Part shown: positions 10,125 through 22,667 of the stretch, piece by piece
Layout of the letters: each line of letters starts with the position of its first letter
Numbering within the stretch: position 1 is the stretch's first letter
Assembly (NCBI GenBank): GCA_023386035.1
Contig: JAEWKM010000050.1
Span: 67,694-131,693, forward strand
DNA from: Pseudomonadota bacterium
GTDB lineage: Bacteria; Desulfobacterota; Desulfovibrionia; Desulfovibrionales; Desulfovibrionaceae
DNA length: 64,000 nt
Reading direction: 5' to 3'
Position numbers and translations under genes: made by a program
Notes under the pieces: model-generated
What the model was told of the DNA's origin: nothing
Seen by the model: only the letters and a program-made list of their open reading frames with translations
Database searches by the model: none

Positions 10125-10922
10125 TTACTTCTTCAGTTTTTTGCGCAGATGCGCAATGCGATTGTCGATGACCGACGGATTGGGGTATGCGTCGCGCGCC
10201 AATTCAAATTGTTTCAATGCTTCACTGCTCTTGCCCAGTTGTTCAAGAGCGTCCGCCATCAGATACCCGGCCATGCCCCGCACATTCTGATCGGGGTCGC
10301 TGTCCAGCATCTGTTGCGAAAGATCGGCCACATCCTGCCAGCGTTCCCTGGCCATATTCTGATCCGCCAGATCATACATGCACATGATCTTGTCGTGGTC
10401 TGGCAGTGGCAAAGCCAGACAAAGCTGCAATGTATCTTCGCCAGCGTCAAAACGGCGCAAACTGAACTGCATGGCCGCCAGACGCCTGTACCCTTCAAGC
10501 ACCTGCTGCGCGCTGAGCCCGCCCAGACCGATATAGGCGTTCCAGATGTCCACTGCGCGCTCATAGCGGTGCAGGCTTTCATTCACTTCAGCCATGCGTT
10601 GCAGGATGACGGCGCTGCGGGCATCGTCATCCATATATTCTTCAAGCATGGTTTCAAGATACTCAAGGCTTGCACGGGGTTCCTGCCCTGCGGCATTAAC
10701 CACCACTAGCAACTGCTGCCAGGCTTCCCACCTGCTGTCGGCGTCCTGACTGTCCTGCGCCTCACGCAGATAACGCTCAAGCAGCCTTTCGGCAAGGGAC
10801 CACTGCCGTTGCGAAACGGCTTCCCGCGCCTGCGAAAGGTCGTCGCCCTTCAGGGCCGTGCTGTCACACCCTGTAAGCGCAAAACACAAACAACACATTA
10901 CGCACAGGGCTATCCCACGCAT
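10125..10922 (-). CDS. TPR-repeat lipoprotein
   Basis: Start chosen at MRGIALCVMCCLCFALTGC (signal peptide plus LTGC lipobox); the ORF track extends to 11042. The rest is helical and TPR-like. Confidence 0.7.
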   Translation of the reverse strand: MRGIALCVMCCLCFALTGCDSTALKGDDLSQAREAVSQRQWSLAERLLERYLREAQDSQDADSRWEAWQQLLVVVNAAGQEPRASLEYLETMLEEYMDDDARSAVILQRMAEVNESLHRYERAVDIWNAYIGLGGLSAQQVLEGYRRLAAMQFSLRRFDAGEDTLQLCLALPLPDHDKIMCMYDLADQNMARERWQDVADLSQQMLDSDPDQNVRGMAGYLMADALEQLGKSSEALKQFELARDAYPNPSVIDNRIAHLRKKLKK

Positions 10923-11056
10923 GCGGGCCACTACGCTGGCCAAAGGCCTGCCATATGCCAGCCCCGCACCCCGTGAGCTTGCGGGCGACCAGGGGGGCAC
11001 AGCCGCCCCCCTGAAATCCTGTTTTTCAACAATGAAAAACATTATGCAAGCCCTTA

Positions 11057-13630
11057 TCAGGCATCGTTCTGCTGTTCGTCATCTTCTGGTTCGTCATTCT
11101 GTGCCGGCTGGGCATCAGCCGGAGCTGTAACCGCAGGAGCTTCGCCCCCTTCAACGGTCTCATCAGACATTATTTCGTCCAGTTCTTCATTCACATAACG
11201 GCCCGTCTGGCCGCCCTCGTCCACACGGTCAAAGCCCACAACGTGGCCGCCTTCGTCCAGACGCACCAGCATGACGCCCATAGTGGCGCGGCCCTTGGTG
11301 CGCACTTCGTCCACACTGATGCGCACGATCTTGTTGGCCGAAGTCAGCAGGATAAGGCCGTCATTGTCGCGCACAGGCATGGCCCCAACCACAGGCCCGG
11401 TTTTGCCCGTGACCTTGAAGTTGATGATGCCCTTGCCGCCGCGCGATTGCAGGCGGTAAAGCTCGACACTGGTGCGCTTTCCGTAGCCATTGGCCGAAAT
11501 GGACATGATTTCCGTGGTCTGGTCCGTTTCCTTCATGATAACGCCAGCAACCACAAAGTCCTGCCTGCGCAGGGCAATGCCCTTGACGCCCGTGGCCACG
11601 CGGCCCATAGGCCGCACATCCCGGCAGGAGAAACGTATGGCTATGCCGTCTGCCGTGGCCAGCACGATATGGCTGTCTTCACGGATGGGACGCACTACCA
11701 CCAGTTCGTCGTCTTCACGCAGACCCACGGCCATGAGGCCCGTCTTGCGGCAACGCGCATAGAGCGAAGCCGAGGAACGCTTGACCATGCCGCGCTTGGT
11801 GACGAAGAGGAAATACTTGTCCTCGGCAAATTCGCGCAGGGCCAGCACGGTGGTGACCCACTCGTTATCCTCAAGCGGCAGCAGGTTGTTGATGTGCACG
11901 CCCTTGGCCGTACGGCTGCCCTCCGGCACCTGATGCACCTTGAGCTGGTGCATGCGCCCCTTGTTGGTGAAGAGGCAGAGGTACTGGTGGTTGGTTGTGC
12001 TCAAAAATTCCTGCACATAGTCATCGTCAGAAGTGTGCAGGGCCGCAATGCCCTTGCCGCCGCGCTTCTGCTGCTGATAGTTTTCAAGCCCGGTGCGCTT
12101 CATGTAGCCACGGCGCGACAGGGTGATGACCACTTCTTCATCAGGAATGAGGTCTTCAATATCTATATCCGTAAGAGCTTCGCGCAAGACCTCGGTACGG
12201 CGGGGCGTTGCAAAAGTTTCGCGGATCTCGCTGATTTCGCGTCTGAGTTCGTTGCGCAGCACTTCGGAATTTTCCAGAATGGAGCGGTAGAATTCGATCT
12301 TTTGCAGCAGGTCCTTGTATTCGGCCATAAGCTCTTCACGCTGCAGGCCCGTAAGGCGCTGCAAGCGCATTTCAAGAATGGCCTTGGCCTGAATTTCAGT
12401 GAATTCAAAGCGCTTCATAAGGGCGTTGCGGGCTTCTTCCGGGTTCGCAGACGCACGGATAAGAGCCACAACTTCGTCAATATTGTCGATGGCAACGCGC
12501 AGGCCTTCAAGAATGTGGGCGCGGGCCTCGGCCTTCTCAAGATCATAGCGCGTGCGGCGAATGACCACTTCACGCCTGTGATCCACAAAGCAGGTCAGGG
12601 CCGTCTTGAGGTTCAGCAGCTGCGGGCGGTTGTCCACCACGGCCAACATGTTGATGCCAAAGCTGGTTTCCAGCGGCGTGAACTTGTACAAGCCGTTGAT
12701 GACTATATCAGGAATGGTGCCGCGCTTGAGGTCGATAACCACGCGGATGCCCTTGCGGTCAGATTCGTCGCGCAGGTCGGTGATGCCGTCGATCTTGCGG
12801 TCGTTGACCAGAGCCGCGATTTTTTCCACCAGGGAAGACTTGTTGAGCCCGTAGGGAATTTCTCTGATAACAATGGATTGAAAACCCTTCTTGCGCTCTT
12901 CAATTTCCATACGGCCACGCACCTTAACGGTGCCGCGCCCGGTGTGATAGGCGTCGTAAAGTCCCTTGCCAGCATAAACAAAACCGCTGGTGGGAAAGTC
13001 CGGACCTTTCACATGCTCCATAAGATCGTCAACGCTGCACTGGGGATTGTCCAGCAGCACCTGCAGGGCATCGCACAGTTCGCCCAGGTTGTGGGGCGGA
13101 ATATTGGTGGCCATACCAACGGCAATACCGGAGCTGCCATTGACCAGCAGGTTGGGCACCTTGCTGGGCATAACCGTGGGTTCCTGCAAGGTATTGTCAT
13201 AGTTGGGCCGGAAATCTACGGTGTTTTTGTCCAGGTCGCCCAGAAATTCCTGGGCCAGCTTGGACATGCGCACTTCGGTGTAACGCATGGCCGCCGGGGC
13301 GTCGCCGTCGATGGAGCCAAAGTTGCCCTGCCCGTCCACCAGAGGATCGCGCATGGAAAATTCCTGCGCCATACGCACCAGGGCGTCATACACCGCCGAG
13401 TCACCGTGGGGGTGATACTTACCGATAACGTCACCGACCACGCGGGCGGATTTTTTATGCGGGCGGTTGTAGTTGTTGGCAAGCTCGTACTGAGCGAACA
13501 TGATGCGCCTGTGTACGGGCTTCAGGCCGTCACGCGCGTCGGGAATGGCGCGCCCGATGATGACCGAAAGGGAATACTCCAAGTACGACTTGCGGAGTTC
13601 TGTTTCTATGCTTATCTGCGGCTGCTGCAT
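11057..13630 (-). CDS. gyrA: DNA gyrase subunit A (alternative GTG start at 13651)
   Basis: [46 protein letters not shown] and the active-site region AAMRYTEVR. Acidic C-terminal tail. Confidence 0.96.
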   Translation of the reverse strand: MQQPQISIETELRKSYLEYSLSVIIGRAIPDARDGLKPVHRRIMFAQYELANNYNRPHKKSARVVGDVIGKYHPHGDSAVYDALVRMAQEFSMRDPLVDGQGNFGSIDGDAPAAMRYTEVRMSKLAQEFLGDLDKNTVDFRPNYDNTLQEPTVMPSKVPNLLVNGSSGIAVGMATNIPPHNLGELCDALQVLLDNPQCSVDDLMEHVKGPDFPTSGFVYAGKGLYDAYHTGRGTVKVRGRMEIEERKKGFQSIVIREIPYGLNKSSLVEKIAALVNDRKIDGITDLRDESDRKGIRVVIDLKRGTIPDIVINGLYKFTPLETSFGINMLAVVDNRPQLLNLKTALTCFVDHRREVVIRRTRYDLEKAEARAHILEGLRVAIDNIDEVVALIRASANPEEARNALMKRFEFTEIQAKAILEMRLQRLTGLQREELMAEYKDLLQKIEFYRSILENSEVLRNELRREISEIRETFATPRRTEVLREALTDIDIEDLIPDEEVVITLSRRGYMKRTGLENYQQQKRGGKGIAALHTSDDDYVQEFLSTTNHQYLCLFTNKGRMHQLKVHQVPEGSRTAKGVHINNLLPLEDNEWVTTVLALREFAEDKYFLFVTKRGMVKRSSASLYARCRKTGLMAVGLREDDELVVVRPIREDSHIVLATADGIAIRFSCRDVRPMGRVATGVKGIALRRQDFVVAGVIMKETDQTTEIMSISANGYGKRTSVELYRLQSRGGKGIINFKVTGKTGPVVGAMPVRDNDGLILLTSANKIVRISVDEVRTKGRATMGVMLVRLDEGGHVVGFDRVDEGGQTGRYVNEELDEIMSDETVEGGEAPAVTAPADAQPAQNDEPEDDEQQNDA

Positions 13631-13864
13631 TTCTGCCACTGCGGGCCTCACTGCTTTTTTTGAGGGGTAGTTGGGTGACCGCCCCTGGGCGGTCGGGGCA
13701 TAACGCCCCGAAACCCCTTTTCAAATGTTACTTGCGAAAACACCCGGTTGACGGTCAATATTTTCGCATCACACAAAATAAATCTCTGCCGGAAGGCGTG
13801 AAAAAGAGGCGCCAGTACAACAGGGGCCTCCCCTCACAGCGCATGCTTCCAGCATACTATTCCA

Positions 13865-17424
<3,560 letters not shown>

Positions 17425-17572
17425 AAATTCTTTCCTTAACTATTATTAGCCCTGTTTCTTTGTTCGTAATTTATAAAACACTTTGTAAAGATTGAACTTT
17501 TTAGGGAACATTTCAACGTGCTTTTAGGGAACGTCAGTAACAACCGCCAAGCCTGCTGGCCAATTTGGACGG

Positions 17573-18958
17573 TCAGGGTGTTTTCATTTCAAACTCTGTC
17601 ACTAACTTCTGTACCCTTTTGTCACTAACTAGAAGTTTGTTAATCTTTTTAATGGCATGGATGACTGTACTATGGTCTCTTCCGCCAAAAGCTCTGCCCA
17701 ATTCCGGGTAGGAAAGTCCCAGTTTCTGGCGGCATACATACATGGCTATTTGCCTTGCCAGCACAAGGTCTGGCCGCCGTTTGCCACCAAGTACGTCGTC
17801 AGGCTTGAGGTTGAGACCTTTTGCCACTTCGGTGAGAATTTCTCTGCAGCCCGGCATTTTTTCAGCAACGCCAGTACGCACAATATTTTCAAGGTCGGTT
17901 TGGGTCAGATTAAGCCCTTTGACCGCGCAATATGCCCCCACCTTGAGAATAAGACCCTGCAAAAGGCGAAACTGCGAACAACGCTGTGCAAGAAAAAGCA
18001 GCTGTTCCCTTGTGAGGGGCAGGCGGCGTTCTTTGCACATGAGCTGCAGGTAACGCAGACGCACATCCAGGTCAGGCTCCATCAATTCCACCACAAGGCC
18101 GCTCTCGAGCCGGGAACGCAGGCGTTCGTCCAGTGTTCTGAGAGCTTGTGTCTGCCCGGAGCAGGCAAAAATCATACGCGGGGTGGCTCTTCCCTTTTTA
18201 TTGTGAAAAGCCATCGTGGCTGCCGCTGAAGCCGCGTCCTGGCGGTCAAGCGACGGAGTATTCTCCTGCCTGCCGGGGCAGGCGTCCATACAGGCCACAA
18301 GTTTGTTCTGCCAGCTGCTGTTGCCGGACATGTCCTGTATGTCATCAAGTACAAGCACGTCATAACGCTGCCAGAAAAGCTCGGGGCTTTTGGCCCAGGC
18401 AGTGTCGTCGGAAAAAAAGCGGACAGAATTGGTGCAGACCATACGCGCTGCATCCGTTGTGCGCGCCAGCATGGTTGCCATTGACTGTAAAAGAAGGCTT
18501 TTGCCAGTACCGCTTCGCCCACAGACCAGAAAAGGATTGTAGGCCGTGGTATTGGTGTTTCCGGAAATTTCTTTGGCTGTAGCGAGAGGAAAGGTGTTTT
18601 TGCCGTTAAAAATAAACCCGGCAAAAGGATCGTTCTGCGGGCCCTCGTTTTCAGCGCTGCGCGAAAGGGAACTGCGGCTTGCGGGCATGACGGTTGCCAC
18701 GTCCGGGGCGCTGGCAGAAGTGCGCTCGTAAATTATCTGCGGCGCCGGGCCTGCCTGCTGCTCATTAAAGTGGCGGCTAATGGCTTCTTCAAAGGCGGCG
18801 CGTTTGTGCCTGCTGAACCAGGCCGCAAAATACATGTGCGGAAAAATCACTTTCAGGGTGTTTTCTTCCTGGCGCAGTGTAAGGCTGTCCAGCCAGGATG
18901 TTTCTCCTGTAATGGTCTGGTTTTCGGCCAGTATATCCCGCAACTCGTTTTTAAGCAT
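17573..18958 (-). CDS. dnaA: Chromosomal replication initiator DnaA
   Basis: Walker A GRSGTGKSLLL. Sensor and box VII regions. C-terminal DNA-binding signature ARQIAMYVCRQKLGLSYPELGRAFGGRDHSTVIHAIKK. Start set at MLKNELRDIL; the longer ORF to 19222 runs through DnaA boxes. Confidence 0.93.
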   Translation of the reverse strand: MLKNELRDILAENQTITGETSWLDSLTLRQEENTLKVIFPHMYFAAWFSRHKRAAFEEAISRHFNEQQAGPAPQIIYERTSASAPDVATVMPASRSSLSRSAENEGPQNDPFAGFIFNGKNTFPLATAKEISGNTNTTAYNPFLVCGRSGTGKSLLLQSMATMLARTTDAARMVCTNSVRFFSDDTAWAKSPELFWQRYDVLVLDDIQDMSGNSSWQNKLVACMDACPGRQENTPSLDRQDAASAAATMAFHNKKGRATPRMIFACSGQTQALRTLDERLRSRLESGLVVELMEPDLDVRLRYLQLMCKERRLPLTREQLLFLAQRCSQFRLLQGLILKVGAYCAVKGLNLTQTDLENIVRTGVAEKMPGCREILTEVAKGLNLKPDDVLGGKRRPDLVLARQIAMYVCRQKLGLSYPELGRAFGGRDHSTVIHAIKKINKLLVSDKRVQKLVTEFEMKTP

Positions 18959-18993
18959 AGCTCTGTGGTTCAGTGTCCACTCAGGGCGTACCC

Positions 18994-19002
18994 TGTGGAT
19001 AA
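18994..19002. promoter_or_regulatory. Perfect DnaA box TGTGGATAA (complement TTATCCACA)
   Basis: Exact 9-mer, 36 nt upstream of the proposed dnaA start. Confidence 0.75.
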
Positions 19003-19128
19003 AGACTTTTCCGCGGCCCTTCGCTGGCCCGTTTTTTTCGGCTTTCGCCGTACAGGAACAAGGGGTATTCATAACACAAAAGATGAACGCAAACAAGAGG
19101 TCCGTCATGGCCTGCAAACAGCGATCCT

Positions 19129-19147
19129 TGTGGACAACTGTGGAAAA
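19129..19147. promoter_or_regulatory. Two adjacent one-mismatch DnaA boxes (TGTGGACAA, TGTGGAAAA)
   Basis: cTTGTGGACAActgTGGAAAActg; same orientation as the perfect box. Confidence 0.6.
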
Positions 19148-19233
19148 CTGCACCGTTTTTGTGTGCGAAGACTGATTTAACCAAGAATGTGATTTGGTGT
19201 GTCTGGTTGTGGGAAAGTACATGCGGGAGCAGA

Positions 19234-19300
19234 CAAATAATAAATATAAAATAATAGTTATGATTATTAAATAATATAGACAAAATAATTATCAAAAAGA
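19234..19300. other. Candidate DNA-unwinding element of oriC (67 nt, 7 G/C)
   Basis: caaataataaatataaaataatagttatgattattaaataatatagacaaaataattatcaaaaaga, with four AAATAAT repeats at 19235, 19249, 19269 and 19283. It lies at the switch of gene orientation next to dnaA. Confidence 0.6.
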
Positions 19301-19362
19301 GGATACTGCAGGCCAAACTTGCAGAACTGGACAAGGCAGGTCCCCATGCGTATAAGCTTCTA

Positions 19363-20925
19363 ATGGGGTTCACGATGAAAAGACTATGGTTGGTAGGGGT
19401 CTTGCTTTTGGCGGTGCTGGGCTTTGTTTTGGCGCGCCATACGGGGTTGTTTGACATAACATCCGGCAGCAGCCCGGAGCAGCAGCAAACCACTGAGGCA
19501 AGGCCAGACACTACAGACAGCGCTGGCGAAAATTCCGCCAGTACGGGCACGTCCCAATCTTCCACTTCTGAAGCTGCAGGCTCCACTGCCACAGATTCTA
19601 CATCCGCCGATTCTTCCACTTCTGAAAATTCAGACGCTACTACAGATACTGCCACAGAGCATGTTGCAAGCCAAAGCACCGACGGCGCAGACGCTGCCAA
19701 TGCTGATGCCGCTGCCGACGCTGCTGATGAAGGTGTTGCCCCAGGCGAAGCCGTTACCAAGGGAACCTTTGAAAAAGGCGATACCGTCAGCAAGGTTTTG
19801 GAAAACGCCGGGGGACAAGGGATACTTCAGTACGTCAGTGCCGCGCGGCAGGTTTTTTCCATGCGGTCCTTCCGCGAAGGACAGCCCTATATTGTCGTGA
19901 CAGACAAGGAAACCGGGCAGGTAAAACGCTTTGAATACGAAATAGACAGCCGCCGCCGTCTTGTGGTTGAGGGAACGGAAACCCCCGCCGCACGGGTGGA
20001 GCCCATTGAATATGTCGTGTTGCTGGCTTCTGTTGAAGGCACCATTAATGACAACCTTTTTCAGGCAGTGGCCGACATTGGCGAAAATCCGCAAATGGCG
20101 CTCAAGCTGGCAGATCTTTTTGGCTCTGAAGTGAACTTTATTCGCGATCTTCAGCCAGGCGATTCTTTTTCCGTCCTGGTGGAAAAACGCTACCGCGACA
20201 GCGAGTACAAGGGCTATGGCCGCATTTTGGCCGCCCACTTCACCAACAAGGGAAAAACCTACGAAGCTTACCTGTTTCGCGACGGCAGCCAAAGGGCTGA
20301 ATATTACAACCGCAAAGGCGAAAACCTGCGTAAAACCTTGTTGCAGGCTCCTCTTGCCTTCACGCGCATAAGCTCGCGCTTTACAAACAGCCGTTTGCAC
20401 CCCATATTAAACTATAGACGGGCTCATCATGGCGTTGACTATGCCGCGCCAACAGGCACGCCCGTAAAGGCCGTAGGCGACGGCCTGGTTACGCAGCGCG
20501 GCTGGTCCGGCGGCTACGGAAACCAGATAATCGTCAAGCATGTGGCCGGGCTGGAATCTATGTATGCCCACCTTTCAGGGTACGCGCGGGGTCTGGCAAC
20601 GGGGCAGCGTGTACGGCAGGGCCAGGTTATAGGATTCGTGGGCAGCACTGGTTTGGCCACAGGGCCACATCTGGATTTCAGGCTGCGTCAGAATGGCAAG
20701 TTTATTGATCCCACCAAAGCCATCAACCCGCGTGGTGAGCCAGTTGCCCGCAAGGCGATGGCAGAGTTTGAAAAGATAATGGCTCTTGAGATGGCCTATC
20801 TCAAGGGTGAGAAAAACCTTTCCGAGTATGAGGTTGACAGTCTGGTGCCGGATGTGCCGGTTACCGCTCCTGAAAAGCCTGTGGAAAAGGAAAAAAAGAA
20901 ACCCGCCCAGAAGGGTCGGCGCTGA
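19363..20925 (+). CDS. M23 family peptidoglycan metalloendopeptidase (MepM/Csd3-like) with an S/T/D/A-rich N-terminal linker
   Basis: N-terminal TM/signal segment and a low-complexity region. M23 motifs AHHGVDYAAPTGTPV, GYGNQIIVKH and STGLATGPHLDFR. Confidence 0.88.
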   Translation: MGFTMKRLWLVGVLLLAVLGFVLARHTGLFDITSGSSPEQQQTTEARPDTTDSAGENSASTGTSQSSTSEAAGSTATDSTSADSSTSENSDATTDTATEHVASQSTDGADAANADAAADAADEGVAPGEAVTKGTFEKGDTVSKVLENAGGQGILQYVSAARQVFSMRSFREGQPYIVVTDKETGQVKRFEYEIDSRRRLVVEGTETPAARVEPIEYVVLLASVEGTINDNLFQAVADIGENPQMALKLADLFGSEVNFIRDLQPGDSFSVLVEKRYRDSEYKGYGRILAAHFTNKGKTYEAYLFRDGSQRAEYYNRKGENLRKTLLQAPLAFTRISSRFTNSRLHPILNYRRAHHGVDYAAPTGTPVKAVGDGLVTQRGWSGGYGNQIIVKHVAGLESMYAHLSGYARGLATGQRVRQGQVIGFVGSTGLATGPHLDFRLRQNGKFIDPTKAINPRGEPVARKAMAEFEKIMALEMAYLKGEKNLSEYEVDSLVPDVPVTAPEKPVEKEKKKPAQKGRR

Positions 20926-20956
20926 TATTGACGCCGCCCCCGCAAGGAGGGCTGCC

Positions 20957-21181
20957 ATGATGTACTTCGAACCCATGTCTGGTCTGGCTGTGGTGGTTCA
21001 GAACACCCCGCCCGATACAACAGATGTTACTTCCTATGCGCCTTCTGTCATAATTGACGGAACAGCTGCTGCGGATCAGCTTTTGTCGAAGGAAAGCGCC
21101 CAGTCTTTCATGCAGACGCAATTCAGAATGGCGACCGCCAACATGCTTGGGCTGGGAGCCGTTACCAGCGGCTGGGCCTGA
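20957..21181 (+). CDS. Small hypothetical protein (74 aa)
   Basis: AAGGAGG sits 6 nt upstream of ATG 20957. An intrinsic terminator follows. No recognisable family. Confidence 0.55.
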   Translation: MMYFEPMSGLAVVVQNTPPDTTDVTSYAPSVIIDGTAAADQLLSKESAQSFMQTQFRMATANMLGLGAVTSGWA

Positions 21182-21209
21182 TTTTTTACAAAAAACCTAA
21201 TTTTATGAA

Positions 21210-21259
21210 CTTGCCGTAGTTTTCAGCCTGAAAAGGTTGATGATTACGGCAAGTTTTTT
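21210..21259 (+). terminator. Rho-independent terminator
   Basis: CTTGCCGTA...(inner TTTTCAG-C-CTGAAAA)...TACGGCAAG followed by TTTTTT. Confidence 0.7.
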
Positions 21260-21265
21260 GTGCTG

Positions 21266-21373
21266 TTAGAGCATTTCAACTTTGAAATGTTCAGGTGTCT
21301 GCTCACGCAGACACCCGCCGTAACGAGCGTGTATTAAACTTTGAAAATATACATTTTAAAAGTTAATATGCTC
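21266..21373 (+). repeat. MITE-like element, copy A (108 nt)
   Basis: Imperfect terminal inverted repeats (TTAGAGCATTTCAACTTTGAAATG ... CATTTTAAAAGTTAATATGCTC). Central hairpin GGTGTCTGC-TCAC-GCAGACACC. Near-identical ends in copy B at 52650-52847. Confidence 0.7.
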
Positions 21374-21473
21374 AAAAAAGAGCAGCACTGTTATGCGCTT
21401 TTTGTCCTGACACGGCACGAAAATACATTTCAAGGATGTGGACTCTACGCCCTGCTTCACGCAGCCAGGGAGC

Positions 21474-21498
21474 AAAAAAATGCCCGTCTTGCGGGCAT
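21474..21498 (-). terminator. Rho-independent terminator on the minus strand
   Basis: Minus strand reads ATGCCCG-caaga-CGGGCAT followed by TTTTTTT. It lies about 150 nt downstream of the larB stop. Confidence 0.65.
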
Positions 21499-21646
21499 TT
21501 ATCTGGCAGTAAAAGGCTGCATATATTGTTAATAACTAATATAACTATTTTATATTATTAAGTAATTTTTTACGGTGTCTGTGTTGCCATATTTGCATGG
21601 CACTCTTCAAAAACAGCAGTATGCCCTGCCAGATGGAGTCGATTTT

Positions 21647-22420
21647 TTATCCCTTGTTGAGCAGCTTGGCGGCAAAGGCCGCAGCGCCAAAGCCGTTATC
21701 GATATTGAGGGTGGCCACGCCGGGCACGCAGGTACTGAGCATGGTTGAAAGCGCCGCAAAGCCCCCAGCCCCGATGCCATAGCCCACAGAGGTGGGCACC
21801 GCCAGAACCGGGCAAGACACAAGTCCTGCCAGCACCCCGGGCAATGCGCCTTCCATACCGGCCACAGCGATGATGATACGCGCCTTGCGCAGGGCTTCCA
21901 CGTGGGTTGTAAGCCTGTCGAGGCCAGCCACGCCCACATCGGTTATCAAAGCGCATTCCTTGCCCCAGAACGCGAGAGAACAGTATGCTTCAAGCGCAAC
22001 AGGAAGATCCGCCGCGCCTGCGGTAACTACTATTACTTCGCCAGCAAGTGGCCAGGGAGCCTTCATGGCCTTGGCAAAACCTGACGCGCCGCCCAGGGAA
22101 AACAGGCGGGCATCGGGCCAGTACTGACCCACTGAAAAACGTTCTTCAAGCAGTGCCGCCTGCGCAGGAGTCACCCGGCTGACCAGCACCTCTCCGTGCT
22201 GGGCCAGACCTTCAACAGCCGCCATCAGCGCGTCGTCGCTCTTGCCCTGGGCCAGAACAACCTCGGAAAGGCTGGTGCGCAGCGCACGTTGCGGGTCAAG
22301 GGTAAGGCCATGCAGCGTGTTACGCACAGCTTGCGTCCCCAGAAGGTCCAGAGCTGTTTCAGGCTTCAACCCGCCAGCGGCCACTTGTTCCAGAATTTTC
22401 AGTAATTGGATGTTGGACAT
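21647..22420 (-). CDS. larB: Nickel-pincer cofactor biosynthesis protein LarB (PurE/AIR-carboxylase-like)
   Basis: N-terminal LarB region (TLDPQRALRTSLSEVVLAQGKS) and C-terminal PurE-like fold (IIIAVAGMEGALPGVLAGLVSCPVLAVPTSVGYG). Start set at MSNIQLLKIL. Confidence 0.8.
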   Translation of the reverse strand: MSNIQLLKILEQVAAGGLKPETALDLLGTQAVRNTLHGLTLDPQRALRTSLSEVVLAQGKSDDALMAAVEGLAQHGEVLVSRVTPAQAALLEERFSVGQYWPDARLFSLGGASGFAKAMKAPWPLAGEVIVVTAGAADLPVALEAYCSLAFWGKECALITDVGVAGLDRLTTHVEALRKARIIIAVAGMEGALPGVLAGLVSCPVLAVPTSVGYGIGAGGFAALSTMLSTCVPGVATLNIDNGFGAAAFAAKLLNKG

Positions 22421-22667
22421 GTATTTCTGTATACGGCACGCTTCGGATATTGTCAGCATTGTTGTATGGTCATTTCTGGAGCATTTTCAGAGGCAACCAG
22501 TGCTTGCAGAGCCAGCAGGTTTGCCGTGCATGACGGCCCGTTTCACAGGCGTGAAAACAAAAACTGTATGTCCGTGACAGCTCTGCCGTATTGCAAACCT
22601 GTACAGTTTTAATGTCTTTTGGCGTCAGTTGGTTGCATTGTATCGCGCTACACGGTAAGAAAAATTC

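Noticed and set aside
18959-19222. N-terminal 88-codon extension of the dnaA ORF. Also the 270-aa minus-strand ORF at 18981-19793 that runs across the AT-rich tract.
   Set aside because: The extension contains the DnaA boxes and has non-protein-like composition. A DnaA-like N-terminus begins at MLKNELRDIL. The 270-aa ORF is antisense to the M23 gene's low-complexity region and crosses the AT-rich tract.
21341-21532. 63-aa plus-strand ORF in the intergenic region.
   Set aside because: It begins inside the MITE-like element, runs through the minus-strand terminator and into the A/T island, and has implausible composition.
22620-22637. Sigma54-like sequence TGGCGTCAGTTGGTTGCA upstream of the first activator gene.
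   Set aside because: The GG-to-GC spacing is two nucleotides too long for a -24/-12 promoter.
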